A DNA stretch of 26,714 nt from the IMG/VR virus record IMGVR_UViG_3300033489_000051, positions 1 through 26,714 of that record; one strand, 5' to 3'. Every line of letters starts with the position of its first letter. The stretch's first letter is position 1. Origin of the DNA: a virus. Lineage: Duplodnaviria > Caudoviricetes. The notes below the pieces were generated by a model. That model did no database searches, had not been told where the DNA came from, and saw nothing but the letters and a program-made list of their open reading frames with translations. Positions 6,634 to 16,409 of this stretch are shown one piece after another. The position numbers and the translations under genes were made by a program.

Positions 6634-6960
6634 ATGTCTAATACAATAGTAAAAGGTGAGCACGGGTTTACAGTTACGTTTGATGGCGCGACTGCTTTTG
6701 ATGCTGCTACAACCCTCACAAAACTTTACCCTCTAGGCCTTCACATAAGATCTATTCAAATGGTTCCTACTGCCACTGATGACATTTTGACTGTCCGTGA
6801 AGATGGAGTCGCAGCTGGGCGCATCATGTTTAAGGTTAAGGCTGAGACTGCCTATGATATTAAAACCAAGTACTTTAATGTGCCTAATGATCAACTGTAT
6901 AAATTGTACGTGGTTGGTAATGAGGCAACTTCTGGAGCTATGATGATAGTTGAACTTTAA
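6634..6960 (+). CDS. Hypothetical beta-rich, probably virion-associated protein
   Basis: ORF track; GAGGT SD; position among structural genes. Confidence 0.65.
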   Translation: MSNTIVKGEHGFTVTFDGATAFDAATTLTKLYPLGLHIRSIQMVPTATDDILTVREDGVAAGRIMFKVKAETAYDIKTKYFNVPNDQLYKLYVVGNEATSGAMMIVEL

Positions 6961-6961
6961 T

Positions 6962-6988
6962 TCCTTTGTTTAATAATTTAACATAGCA
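6962..6988. promoter_or_regulatory. 27-bp imperfect palindrome, copy 3 (reverse orientation)
   Basis: TCCTTTGTTTAAT-A-ATTTAACATAGCA, filling most of the 6961-6997 gap. Confidence 0.8.
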
Positions 6989-6997
6989 AATTACAAT

Positions 6998-8086
6998 ATG
7001 ACGAAACGTGCAATAACTATAGGATCCCTTGTTAATTATCATGTCTATGATGATAACAGTCCTGACCATGATCCAATATCAAAGGCTATTCAAGTTGCAC
7101 AGCCGATCTTTGTAGACGCCCCGCCAGTAGATCCTGAGGATGTGTTAAGACTTAATGAACTTGGAGGTCTTCAACCCTCGACGCTGTCCGTGGCTGATAT
7201 TACAGCACCTGTGGAACTTAATGCTTTAACAGGCTCAGTTACATCATTTAAACTGGTATTTGAGGTTGATACAGGCCCGGACAATGTAACACTTTACCGA
7301 TGGGACGCTGCAGTATCATCTGGAGCTAATCCGCCATTTATAGTTGCGGGGCTTTCCGGATTCTGGACAGCTATTGCTGGGAGATACATTGCAGGAAGTT
7401 GTAAGTTAGAAAGTGTTTTGTATGTTGGTGATTCATCTGTCCAACATGACGGAACTGATTTACTTATTGATCCCAGAGTAGTTAGCGCCACTGGAGTTGT
7501 TGACGTAAAAGGCCCAATTAAAATATCTGATGTTGGGGCCTTACTATCAACTCCTCAAGCTGGGACGTTTGAGTTTGATGATGACAGAATGTATCTTACT
7601 AACGTCAATAGTCAAAGGGCTATAGATACAACCGGGCATGTAATTGTCAGTACTTTAACTGTCTCTAATACAGCTGTCGAGACGACACTGTTTTCAGGCT
7701 CTATTATTGCTGATGAGTTAAAAGTTGGTAATGTAGTTAAGTTTCAAGGTAGTGGGATCTTGTCCACTGCCACAGCTGCAGATGATCCAACTCTTAATGT
7801 GTACATAGGAACTAACCTAATCGGGACTTTTACTCCTGCTATAGGACTAGTCACAGATGATCACTGGCATGTAGAATTTGATATTACAATAAGGACTGTG
7901 GGAGCCGCTGGAACTTTTGCTTTTCATGGTAATATGCACATATCAACTTTTGAAGATTTTACAGCGGCCCTAGGTTCTATTGACACTACAGGAACTGATA
8001 ACTTGACAATTAAAGTGTTGTGGCCCGCCGCTAAAGTCGGCAACACTATAAGTATTTACACCGGATATGATGAGATTAAAGGTTAA
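6998..8086 (+). CDS. Putative tail fibre / virion structural protein
   Basis: 362 aa, G/T/V/D-rich beta composition; LLSTPQAGTFEFDDDRMY linker typical of fibre proteins. Confidence 0.6.
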   Translation: MTKRAITIGSLVNYHVYDDNSPDHDPISKAIQVAQPIFVDAPPVDPEDVLRLNELGGLQPSTLSVADITAPVELNALTGSVTSFKLVFEVDTGPDNVTLYRWDAAVSSGANPPFIVAGLSGFWTAIAGRYIAGSCKLESVLYVGDSSVQHDGTDLLIDPRVVSATGVVDVKGPIKISDVGALLSTPQAGTFEFDDDRMYLTNVNSQRAIDTTGHVIVSTLTVSNTAVETTLFSGSIIADELKVGNVVKFQGSGILSTATAADDPTLNVYIGTNLIGTFTPAIGLVTDDHWHVEFDITIRTVGAAGTFAFHGNMHISTFEDFTAALGSIDTTGTDNLTIKVLWPAAKVGNTISIYTGYDEIKG

Positions 8087-8098
8087 GAGGAGCCTATT

Positions 8099-8539
8099 AT
8101 GAGTGTAGACGCAACTAAACCAACTGACGATTCTGCTGTAGCTACGTGGCCCGCACTGATTAGAGCCTTAGCAGTTGTGGCAAATGCTGCTGAAGCCGCG
8201 GCAGGTGGGGACCTCTCGCGGACCATAAGAAGTAATGCCACCACTGAGAGTCTCACATCAGCTGAAATGAATCAGGTGACTTACTCAGCTAATGCTGGCG
8301 CTGCTATTAAGACATTACCAGCGGCTGACGCTGCCATGGTAGGCAACTGGACACGTATCCATAAGGGTGGGGCCGGGAACTTGACCATCACCCCTAATGG
8401 TACCGACGCTATAGCTGACGCATCTGGTGGCACTTCAATAGCAAACACGTCAGCCGAGACTAAAGCTGCTTTTATTGAACTTGAATGTGTAGGAGTCGGG
8501 CAGTGGATGATAGCAGGAATGTTAGGAACGTGGTCATAA
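8099..8539 (+). CDS. Putative tail-fibre-associated structural protein
   Basis: DATKPTD N-terminus; TLPAA...G....I...GAGNLTITPNGTDAI module seen in phage fibre proteins; GAGGAG SD. Confidence 0.6.
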   Translation: MSVDATKPTDDSAVATWPALIRALAVVANAAEAAAGGDLSRTIRSNATTESLTSAEMNQVTYSANAGAAIKTLPAADAAMVGNWTRIHKGGAGNLTITPNGTDAIADASGGTSIANTSAETKAAFIELECVGVGQWMIAGMLGTWS

Positions 8540-8676
8540 CTTGAAGGTGCAGGCTAGCTAGGACTTCGCTGGTCTCGGCCCGACGAGTCTGGCTTTTAGT
8601 TTCGCCTTTCAAGGATTGCTTTTTGCTGAGGGTGGCCAAGACGCCGAAGGCGGCGGCCACTCGAAGCTGACTTTTT
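8540..8676 (+). other. GC-rich structured intergenic element (two stem-loops then T-tract); candidate ncRNA, attenuator or terminator
   Basis: Long irregular stem 8540-8613 and hairpin 8630-8662, then TTTTT at 8672-8676. Confidence 0.45.
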
Positions 8677-8699
8677 AACTATGAATTATAGGAGTGGAT

Positions 8700-10886
8700 A
8701 TGAAAAGAATAATTGTTTTAACTTTGGTTTTAATTCTTACGGCTTGCACTGCTGAGCCAGTCTTAGCTTTATTTGGGATAGGTGAGAGTTCTAATGTAGG
8801 AACAGATTGGACTAATACTGATAAGAATCTTAATACTTCTGGTAATGGTACTATAGGTGGAGATCTTAGTGTAAGTGGCGATGGTACTGTCACAGGAGAT
8901 TTTACTATTACCGGGGATCTTACAACGGATGGTAGTATTGATTTTAATGCTCATCAATTACGAACTGATTATGATTATACTTCTCTTACAGTAGCTTTTA
9001 ATACTATTGGGGCTGTAACACCTACAAGGCTTCAGATTTGTCAATATAATGTAATTCCTGATGGTGTTACATTAACACAAACATCTAATATAATTCTTGA
9101 TTTTAATTGCGGCGGAAGTATTGATGGGATTGCTGGGGGTGCTACCGAGACACTAGCTTTAAGTGGAGAAATTATAAAAGGGACGGGGCAGTCATTTGGC
9201 GATAACCTGACTGTGAGTGGCAGTTATCACTTCATTAATACTCCAGTAGTTCAAACTTTAGCGGCACTGTCGGCACTACCAAACCAAAACATTTCAGGCT
9301 TTAAAGTTTGCACCGCTGGGAGAAGTTCTGACAACGATGGCGGAGAGGGTTGCTTTCTTACCACCACGTCAGATATTTCTGCCGAAGTGGCTATTGATAC
9401 CGAGTCAGCGATATATGTACCGCATGGTTCTGACCCTACGGGAGCAGGTGGGGGGTGGGTGCGACAGTGGGATGGCCAGACCGTGCATTTGCGGTGGGCG
9501 GAAACTTCAGCTGGTGCCTTAGTCGCCGTGTCGGAAGGAGGCACATTATTTATTACCGGAGAAGTAGATGTTGCCACTTGGGGAGTAATAGATTCGACTA
9601 AGGCAATCAATATTAAAGGGGCTGGCTGGGCTATAGGGGACGGTGGAGCAACCGATGTAACAGGGGCGGTAATTCTCAATTCTGGCGGCGATGTAGTTGA
9701 TTTCCCGTGCATCACTATCGGAGGCGGGAGTAGTATCAGGCGGGGTGAAATAACAGGTTTAGTGATTTGGCACGAAGGCGAAACCAGTCCAGCTATTAGC
9801 GTTGAGGGTGAGTTAGGCAGTGCTATTCACGACAACTACATTTTTGGGAATGATTTAGGGTATCAGGGGATCGCTTACTCGGGTAGTAGTTTTTTTGCCA
9901 GGGCTGAGGACAACGACATTCTTAGATTCACGTCTCATGGTATTTTCAATAATTCAACGGGGTCAGACCACGAGTTTGACAAAAATCATGTTGCAGGCAC
10001 CGCGGATGGTTTCATTGGTATTGAGACAAGGTGCAATGGAACTCTGATTCGGGGTGGCGAAATAGAAGCTACCGGCACTGGCAGTATCGGAATCAAATTT
10101 TATAGTGCCACAGCTGTCGCGTCAGAAGGGGGTTTAGTTGATTCTGTATTTTTTGAAAATACTCAGGATGCAATAGTTATTGACGGGAATACTGCCGCAT
10201 TTAGGAGAGTGGATATTGTCCGGGCACGGTTTAATATGGGGGCAGAAATATTGGGATATGGGGTCAGGTTTGAACGTGCGGAGGCTTGTCAGTTTCTTAA
10301 TCCTCAGCTCGGTTCTTCAACAGGAGGCACAGCATTGGTTTATTGGGGCGCGAATAGTAAGAACTGTACGGTAAAAGGACCGTTTAACTTGTTTGCAGGG
10401 GGCACATTTACCACTCATGCGTCGGCTCTTCGTGCAAAACTTTTGGTCTCAGGAGTTTTGGGATACGCAACAGCTGTAACGGTTAGTGTGACTACTAACC
10501 TTTTGACGGTTATCGAAAACGTAACCGAATTGGTAGGCCCATTAACTCATAACGGGACAGCATGGTACAAGCAGCGAGAGACTGTGGCGGATGATACAGC
10601 GGTGGCATATACACCACCATCTAACCGAGGAATACTAACAGTTATCACCTCATCTGCAATTGGCGAATATGCCAAAGTCATGTACGACGTAGCGGCCGGA
10701 ACTCTTGAGGCGTTTGACACCGGTACTAGGTTTGAAATTAATGCTACTGACGGAACTTTAGATGGAACAACTGGTACTGACAATAAAATTACTGTTAGGG
10801 CTGATTCGGCATCTGGAAATGTTTATATCGAGAATAGGCGCGGAGGTAATAGAGTTTTAACCTCCACATTCACACCGGCACTATAA
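8700..10886 (+). CDS. Tailspike-like right-handed beta-helix (pectate-lyase-fold) protein with N-terminal signal peptide
   Basis: ATG 8700 after GGAG; MKRIIVLTLVLILTAC leader; GRSSDNDGGEGCF motif; N/G/I ladder repeats; C-terminal GTTGTDNKITV...VYIENRRG. Confidence 0.75.
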   Translation: MKRIIVLTLVLILTACTAEPVLALFGIGESSNVGTDWTNTDKNLNTSGNGTIGGDLSVSGDGTVTGDFTITGDLTTDGSIDFNAHQLRTDYDYTSLTVAFNTIGAVTPTRLQICQYNVIPDGVTLTQTSNIILDFNCGGSIDGIAGGATETLALSGEIIKGTGQSFGDNLTVSGSYHFINTPVVQTLAALSALPNQNISGFKVCTAGRSSDNDGGEGCFLTTTSDISAEVAIDTESAIYVPHGSDPTGAGGGWVRQWDGQTVHLRWAETSAGALVAVSEGGTLFITGEVDVATWGVIDSTKAINIKGAGWAIGDGGATDVTGAVILNSGGDVVDFPCITIGGGSSIRRGEITGLVIWHEGETSPAISVEGELGSAIHDNYIFGNDLGYQGIAYSGSSFFARAEDNDILRFTSHGIFNNSTGSDHEFDKNHVAGTADGFIGIETRCNGTLIRGGEIEATGTGSIGIKFYSATAVASEGGLVDSVFFENTQDAIVIDGNTAAFRRVDIVRARFNMGAEILGYGVRFERAEACQFLNPQLGSSTGGTALVYWGANSKNCTVKGPFNLFAGGTFTTHASALRAKLLVSGVLGYATAVTVSVTTNLLTVIENVTELVGPLTHNGTAWYKQRETVADDTAVAYTPPSNRGILTVITSSAIGEYAKVMYDVAAGTLEAFDTGTRFEINATDGTLDGTTGTDNKITVRADSASGNVYIENRRGGNRVLTSTFTPAL

Positions 10887-10913
10887 TGCGACAACATAAA
10901 CAGAGGGCCTAAA

Positions 10914-12494
10914 ATGGCTAGCACTTTAATCAGCGATAAAATAGATTTACAGTCTGAGATGGCTTTATGTCTTAATGATATTAAAGTATGTTGTGGCGTA
11001 ATATTTCCAGATATTTTTTATGCTGATTTTAGTATCTTACATGATCAAATATTTAACTTAATAAATGCTGGGCACAAGAAAATAGCTATAGCCGCTCCTC
11101 GTGGTATTGGTAAGACTAGTATAGCTAGGGCTGTTGCTATGAGATCAATACTATTCCACTTACAATCTTTTATAGTTTATCTTAGTAATAGTGCTACATC
11201 TGCTGAAATGCAGACAGAGAACATGAAACGAGATCTTATGGGTAATGCTAAGATCAGACAGATGTTTGGTAATATAAAATTAGCTGTTGGAGATGGTGCG
11301 TTACCTGATGAATCATTTAGCAAATCTGCTTGGACTGCTTATGGCAGGACATTTGTTTTACCTCGCGGCGCCGGTCAGCAGGTTCGAGGACTTAACTGGG
11401 CTAATCATCGTCCAGGATTAGTAATCATCGATGATCTTGAAGATAAAGATGAAATAAGAAGCGAAGAAAATCGTAAAAAACTTAAGTCATGGTTTCATGC
11501 AGATTTAATGAAAACTGAGGATCGTTATAGTGATGGTTGTATCTTTATTTATATTGATACTATTAAACATGAAGATTCATTATTAGTTGATTTACTTAAC
11601 TCACCGGAGTGGGCATCTGTACAATTATCAATTTGTGATAATAACTATAATACATTAGATAAGAATTACATGACCACCGATGAAATTAAATCTGAGGTTG
11701 CTGAGCATAGGCGTCTTGGGACTCTTGATGAGTTCTACATGGAGCGCATGAATATGCCAGTATCACTTGAAGATAGAGTTTTTAAGCCCGAGTCTTTTAG
11801 GTATTTTCGTGATCGTGAAAAGCAATTAGAAATAATTATTCCTGACAAAGAGAAAAAGAAGGATGATGAAGTAGAATTAATTAACGCATACCGTCTTATG
11901 CATGTAACTATAGTTGACCCAGCAAAAACTGTAAAAGTACAGAGTGCAGAGACTGCTATATTAACAATAGCTGTTGATCGTGAGACTAGGCGCATATTCG
12001 TACGAGATATAGTCAGTCGTAAGATGTACCCAGATGAAATTTATGATGAGATGTTTCGTCAGGTAACATTTTACAACTCATTTATTTTAGGATATGAAGT
12101 TACCGGCCTTAATCAGTTCATCATTCAACCTGTTGAACAGGAATGTAGAGTTCGTGGAGTACACCCACACCTTGTGGAGCTTAATGCTAAAGGCAGGAAG
12201 GAGGCACGTGTAGCAACCTTGGCCCCGCTTTATCGCCTTGGTTACGTGTATCATAATACTGCAAACTGTTTAGGACTTGAAGGACAGTTGCTCGGATTTC
12301 CTAGATCAAAACTTTGGGATATTATGGACGCTTTATCTTACATTACTTTTATTATGGATAAGATGGCTATTATGTTTGATCCATCAGACGGCACACAAGA
12401 GGAACCGGCTGATGATGAGTATGATGAGCTTGAGTGTGATCGTGAAATGACTGAGGAAGAAATGGGATTCGGAGATTTTCAATCCTATGTTTAA
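10914..12494 (+). CDS. terL: Terminase large subunit
   Basis: Walker A APRGIGKTS, Walker B LVIIDDLE, RNase H-fold nuclease IVDPA and DIMDALSY. Confidence 0.95.
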   Translation: MASTLISDKIDLQSEMALCLNDIKVCCGVIFPDIFYADFSILHDQIFNLINAGHKKIAIAAPRGIGKTSIARAVAMRSILFHLQSFIVYLSNSATSAEMQTENMKRDLMGNAKIRQMFGNIKLAVGDGALPDESFSKSAWTAYGRTFVLPRGAGQQVRGLNWANHRPGLVIIDDLEDKDEIRSEENRKKLKSWFHADLMKTEDRYSDGCIFIYIDTIKHEDSLLVDLLNSPEWASVQLSICDNNYNTLDKNYMTTDEIKSEVAEHRRLGTLDEFYMERMNMPVSLEDRVFKPESFRYFRDREKQLEIIIPDKEKKKDDEVELINAYRLMHVTIVDPAKTVKVQSAETAILTIAVDRETRRIFVRDIVSRKMYPDEIYDEMFRQVTFYNSFILGYEVTGLNQFIIQPVEQECRVRGVHPHLVELNAKGRKEARVATLAPLYRLGYVYHNTANCLGLEGQLLGFPRSKLWDIMDALSYITFIMDKMAIMFDPSDGTQEEPADDEYDELECDREMTEEEMGFGDFQSYV

Positions 12495-12509
12495 TAATTT
12501 ATTATAGCA
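12483..12509. promoter_or_regulatory. 27-bp imperfect palindrome, copy 4 (reverse orientation; overlaps terL stop)
   Basis: TCCTATGTTTAAT-A-ATTTATTATAGCA. Confidence 0.75.
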
Positions 12510-12522
12510 ATCGGAGAATAAG

Positions 12523-14475
12523 ATGCTGGCAATAGCAATGGGTAGTAGGTATAAAGCTACAGTTACTGAGTATGATAGGGATGTTCCTGCATATGAATAT
12601 CCTGATGGGCTTGATCTAAAACCCGGATCTCCATTACATAATAAGATTCGTGATGAAGTAATGGATCGTGCTTTTGATTCTGCTAAAACCATGAGTGGGC
12701 GGCATGATGCATGGAGTGTTATAGATCATACCCTTACCGCTTACATTCCAGCAGATCAGGCAGAAAGAAAGGTTCAGAATGATGATATAAGAAAGCCTAT
12801 TAGTATTGTATTTCCTTATTCTTACACAGTACTTGAAACCTTACTATCATTTTATGTAGCAGCATTTCTTCAAGACCCTTATTTTAGGTATGAGGGTACG
12901 GGGCCTAATGACGTTATTGGTGCCATACTCATGGAGAAGCTGATATACATTCAATGTATTAAGAATAAGGTAGGACTTGCTCTTCATACCCAAGCCAGAG
13001 ATGCTTTTGCTTATGGTTTTGGAGTAGCTACGCCTACATGGATTACGCAGTACGGAAGTAAGGCAGTAAAGAAAAAGTCTGGCGGTTTTTTCGGATTCGG
13101 TGGCACTGAAGAAACTATTCTTATGCCTAATCAGGTGATGTTTGAAGGTAATGCTCTTGAGAATATTGATCCATATCTATATCTCCCGGATGTTAATGTT
13201 CCTATTCATGAGCCACAGAAGGGTGAGTATAACGGATGGATTCATAAGACAAATTATATGGCTTTATTAAAGGCTGAGAAGAATGACGATCAACTTTTTA
13301 ATGTTAAGTACTTGAAAAAACTTGTAGGGAATAATTCTCAGTTGGGTATGTCTGACAATTCTGGTAGGAATACTAAATCAGGCGTGCAAGCTTCTATACT
13401 GTCCTCAGGTAAGACTACTGAACTATCTATTACCAGAATGTTTATGAGGGTCATTCCTAAGGATTTGGGTTTAAGTAATGAAGAGTATCCTGAAATGTGG
13501 TACTTTGAAGTGGGACAAGATGAGATAGTAATTAAAGCTAATAAAGCTAACTTAGAACATGACCTATTTCCAATCAGTGTTATTGCACCAGATTATGACG
13601 GATATTCATTAAGTCCAGTTAGTAGAATTGAAATGCTTAATGGTATGCAGGGAGTTTTAGATTTTATGTTTAACTCCCATGTTACTAATGTCCGTAAAGC
13701 AATTCATGATATGATTATTTATGATCCTTATTTGGTAAACAGTAATGATCTTAAGAATCCAAGTCCTGGAAAGCTTATTCGTTTAAGACGTCCTGCGTGG
13801 GGTCGTGGTATTAAGGACGTTGCTCAGCAACTAGGCATCACTGATGTGACTAGAGGCAATATGAATGATGCATCATTCCTAGTTCAGTGGATGGATAGAG
13901 TTGCAGCTACTGATAGTTCGATGCAGGGTGCTATGAGATCTGGAGGACCAGAGAGATTAACCGGAGCTGAATTTGAAGGGACACGTGCAGGTGGAATTAA
14001 TCGTCTTGATCGTATAGCAAAGATAACTGGAATGCAGGGAATGCAGGATATAGGAACATTCTTTGCGACACATAATAAACAGAATATGTCCACTGAAACT
14101 TACATTAAACTTACTGGTGATTGGCAGGATGTTTTACTTAAAGAGTACGGTAAAACTATGGATAGGGGGAGGATTAAGATAACCCCAGATCAGATGGATA
14201 TAAATTATGATGTTATAGTTCGTGATGGGAGTGTCCCCGGTGGGAACTACTCAGCTGTCTGGAAAGATTTGTTTCAAATCATGGGGCAAAATCCTGAACT
14301 TGCTCAGAAGTTTGATGTAGTTAGAATTTTTACTCATATAGCCCGCAACTTGGGTGCAAAGAACGTTAATGATTTCGTACGCAGAGGGGGTGACATTCAA
14401 CAGCAAACTATGCCTAATGAGGCAGTTGCAGCACAAGCTAAGGCAGGAAATTTAGTACCAATGGTGGAGGGATAA
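12523..14475 (+). CDS. Portal protein
   Basis: 650 aa directly after TerL; helical; AFAYGFGVA, NPSPGKLIRL and ERLTGAEF (TAxE-like) motifs of podovirus portals. Confidence 0.88.
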   Translation: MLAIAMGSRYKATVTEYDRDVPAYEYPDGLDLKPGSPLHNKIRDEVMDRAFDSAKTMSGRHDAWSVIDHTLTAYIPADQAERKVQNDDIRKPISIVFPYSYTVLETLLSFYVAAFLQDPYFRYEGTGPNDVIGAILMEKLIYIQCIKNKVGLALHTQARDAFAYGFGVATPTWITQYGSKAVKKKSGGFFGFGGTEETILMPNQVMFEGNALENIDPYLYLPDVNVPIHEPQKGEYNGWIHKTNYMALLKAEKNDDQLFNVKYLKKLVGNNSQLGMSDNSGRNTKSGVQASILSSGKTTELSITRMFMRVIPKDLGLSNEEYPEMWYFEVGQDEIVIKANKANLEHDLFPISVIAPDYDGYSLSPVSRIEMLNGMQGVLDFMFNSHVTNVRKAIHDMIIYDPYLVNSNDLKNPSPGKLIRLRRPAWGRGIKDVAQQLGITDVTRGNMNDASFLVQWMDRVAATDSSMQGAMRSGGPERLTGAEFEGTRAGGINRLDRIAKITGMQGMQDIGTFFATHNKQNMSTETYIKLTGDWQDVLLKEYGKTMDRGRIKITPDQMDINYDVIVRDGSVPGGNYSAVWKDLFQIMGQNPELAQKFDVVRIFTHIARNLGAKNVNDFVRRGGDIQQQTMPNEAVAAQAKAGNLVPMVEG

Positions 14476-14476
14476 T

Positions 14477-14764
14477 ATGAAAGATAAGGAAAAAATGGAC
14501 TATCGTCCTATAAGTTCTATTCATGAACTAAGTAAGTTTATAGACGGGACTGTTTATGAAGATTTCAAAGCTGAGATGAATTGTAGGATTGAAATGATGA
14601 GAACAGTTCTTGAAGTTGCTGATAGTAAAAGTTATATCAAAACTCAGGGCGGAATTGAGATGCTTCGGCTAGTTAAGAATATTTTCGAAGATCTTAAAGC
14701 AAATAAGGAATCCGATTTACGGGAAGAAGCAGAAGAAAAAATGGAGGATGTGAAAAATGGCTGA
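14477..14764 (+). CDS. Small helical protein between portal and scaffold
   Basis: 95 aa; QGxIxxLR pattern; position typical of podoviral head modules. Confidence 0.7.
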   Translation: MKDKEKMDYRPISSIHELSKFIDGTVYEDFKAEMNCRIEMMRTVLEVADSKSYIKTQGGIEMLRLVKNIFEDLKANKESDLREEAEEKMEDVKNG

Positions 14765-15605
14765 TGAATTGAATAAGACACCTGAAGGGGTTGTAATAAG
14801 TGATGAAACTATGAGTGATTTTTTATCAGATGAGGTTACTCCAGAAGCATCAGTTGAACCGGTAGGTGAAATTACTCCAGTTGAACCAGTTGTAGAGGTA
14901 AAGACTTCGGTCGAAGAGCCTACTGATGGTAAGCCTGCGGTAATCGAGCCAATTACACCTGTCGCCAATGTTGAACCTTCAGTAACTGATGGTCCTTCTG
15001 GCGACAATAAAGTAGTAACCCTGTCTCAGGAAGCATATGATAAGATGCTTACTCTTATCGATTCCCAGGCAGGTAAAGCACCTGTTAAAGCTGAAGCAGT
15101 TACTTCTACTCCGCCTTCAGTTATAGCCGGACTGGATACACTCTTTGAAGGTGTAGACTTTGACAGTGTCATGGAGTCCAAGGAAAATTTTGTGGACTTT
15201 ATGAAGAAGTATGGTGCAGCAGTTCAGGAGCAGACCAGGCAGAGTATTCTTACTGCTATTCCCGATGTAGTTGGTACGCATGTTAGTCAACGTGCCTCTA
15301 TGCAGGATGCAGCAACGGCTTTCTACAGTCAGTATCCTGAGTTGAAGCGAGTAAAGAGGTATGTTGGTGCTGTTGCGAATGAGGTACATGCTGAAAATCC
15401 TGATTGGACTATGAAGCAGATTTTTGAGGAAACTGCTAAGCGAGCTAAAGAGAATCTTAATTTACAGGCCGCTGTTATTGATACAAATAAGGCTAATGTG
15501 ATTAAGCCTAAGCCCACACTTCCAGGTAATACGAGTGTTAAAGTTCCGGCCTCAGCCCCGAAAGGATTACAGGATGAGATAGCTGATTTAATGAGTGATT
15601 TTTAA
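14757..15605 (+). CDS. Capsid scaffolding protein
   Basis: Acidic P/E/V/T-rich disordered N-terminus, helical core, short C-terminal helix LQDEIADLM; between portal and MCP. Confidence 0.75.
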   Translation: MADELNKTPEGVVISDETMSDFLSDEVTPEASVEPVGEITPVEPVVEVKTSVEEPTDGKPAVIEPITPVANVEPSVTDGPSGDNKVVTLSQEAYDKMLTLIDSQAGKAPVKAEAVTSTPPSVIAGLDTLFEGVDFDSVMESKENFVDFMKKYGAAVQEQTRQSILTAIPDVVGTHVSQRASMQDAATAFYSQYPELKRVKRYVGAVANEVHAENPDWTMKQIFEETAKRAKENLNLQAAVIDTNKANVIKPKPTLPGNTSVKVPASAPKGLQDEIADLMSDF

Positions 15606-15628
15606 TCTTAATTATAGGAGTTAACATT

Positions 15629-16396
15629 ATGGCTGGTGAAGGTAGATTTATTGATGGTCTCATGAAAGGGGATCTTAGTGCATCAGGTCGTCTTGATGCG
15701 GACAATGCTAAGAGAGTTTTCATTGAGAAATTTGAAAATGCTGGTACTATGTGCGCAGCTCTTGGGAGTGCTGCAACCGTTACTAGCGCAAGTTTGTTGA
15801 ATATGGGTAACGGTAATGTTTTTCTTACTACCCCAGTAGTCGGACAAACTCTTATTGCCCCAGTTATTACTTCTACAGGTCTTGATGTAGCAGGTGATCA
15901 GACAGAGGATGATGGGCGTGAGATTAATTTTAGTGGTGGTATTACTGCCAGATCTCCTAAAGCTTACACCGTGGGCGCAGGAGCATTTTATGCCAAGTTG
16001 AAATTTAGCATAGAAGATGTATCTGGTATGGATTTGTGCATGTTCGGGTTTCGTAAAACTGAGGCTCATAATGCTGACGCAACTGCTTATACTGATTTTG
16101 CTACCCTGAATGTTGTGTCTGGTGATATTAAAATCTCTACTAATCTTAACTCTGCGGGCATCTCTACTACAGATACCACAGATAACTGGGCAGATCTGGG
16201 CATTCATGAGCTTGGTGTGTTTGTGGATAATGATGGCGTTGCGACTTTTACTATTGACGGAGCAGCTCCAACCACTACAGCATCTGTAACTTTGGATAGT
16301 GGAGATACTATGATTCCATTCTTCCAGTTTTTACAGGATGCACATCTTTCTGGGACCGTCATTCTTCAGCGTTTTGAATGCGGACTTCAGGATTGA
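15629..16396 (+). CDS. Putative virion structural (decoration / beta-sandwich) protein
   Basis: 255 aa, beta-rich (HELGVFVDNDGVATFTIDG); AGGAG SD; head module. Confidence 0.6.
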   Translation: MAGEGRFIDGLMKGDLSASGRLDADNAKRVFIEKFENAGTMCAALGSAATVTSASLLNMGNGNVFLTTPVVGQTLIAPVITSTGLDVAGDQTEDDGREINFSGGITARSPKAYTVGAGAFYAKLKFSIEDVSGMDLCMFGFRKTEAHNADATAYTDFATLNVVSGDIKISTNLNSAGISTTDTTDNWADLGIHELGVFVDNDGVATFTIDGAAPTTTASVTLDSGDTMIPFFQFLQDAHLSGTVILQRFECGLQD

Positions 16397-16409
16397 CGGG
16401 AGGTAATAT

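Noticed and set aside
8472-8660. 62-aa minus-strand ORF over the structured spacer
   Set aside because: Opposite to the operon and overlapping the 8099 gene; the plus-strand G·U-rich pairing explains the sequence better.
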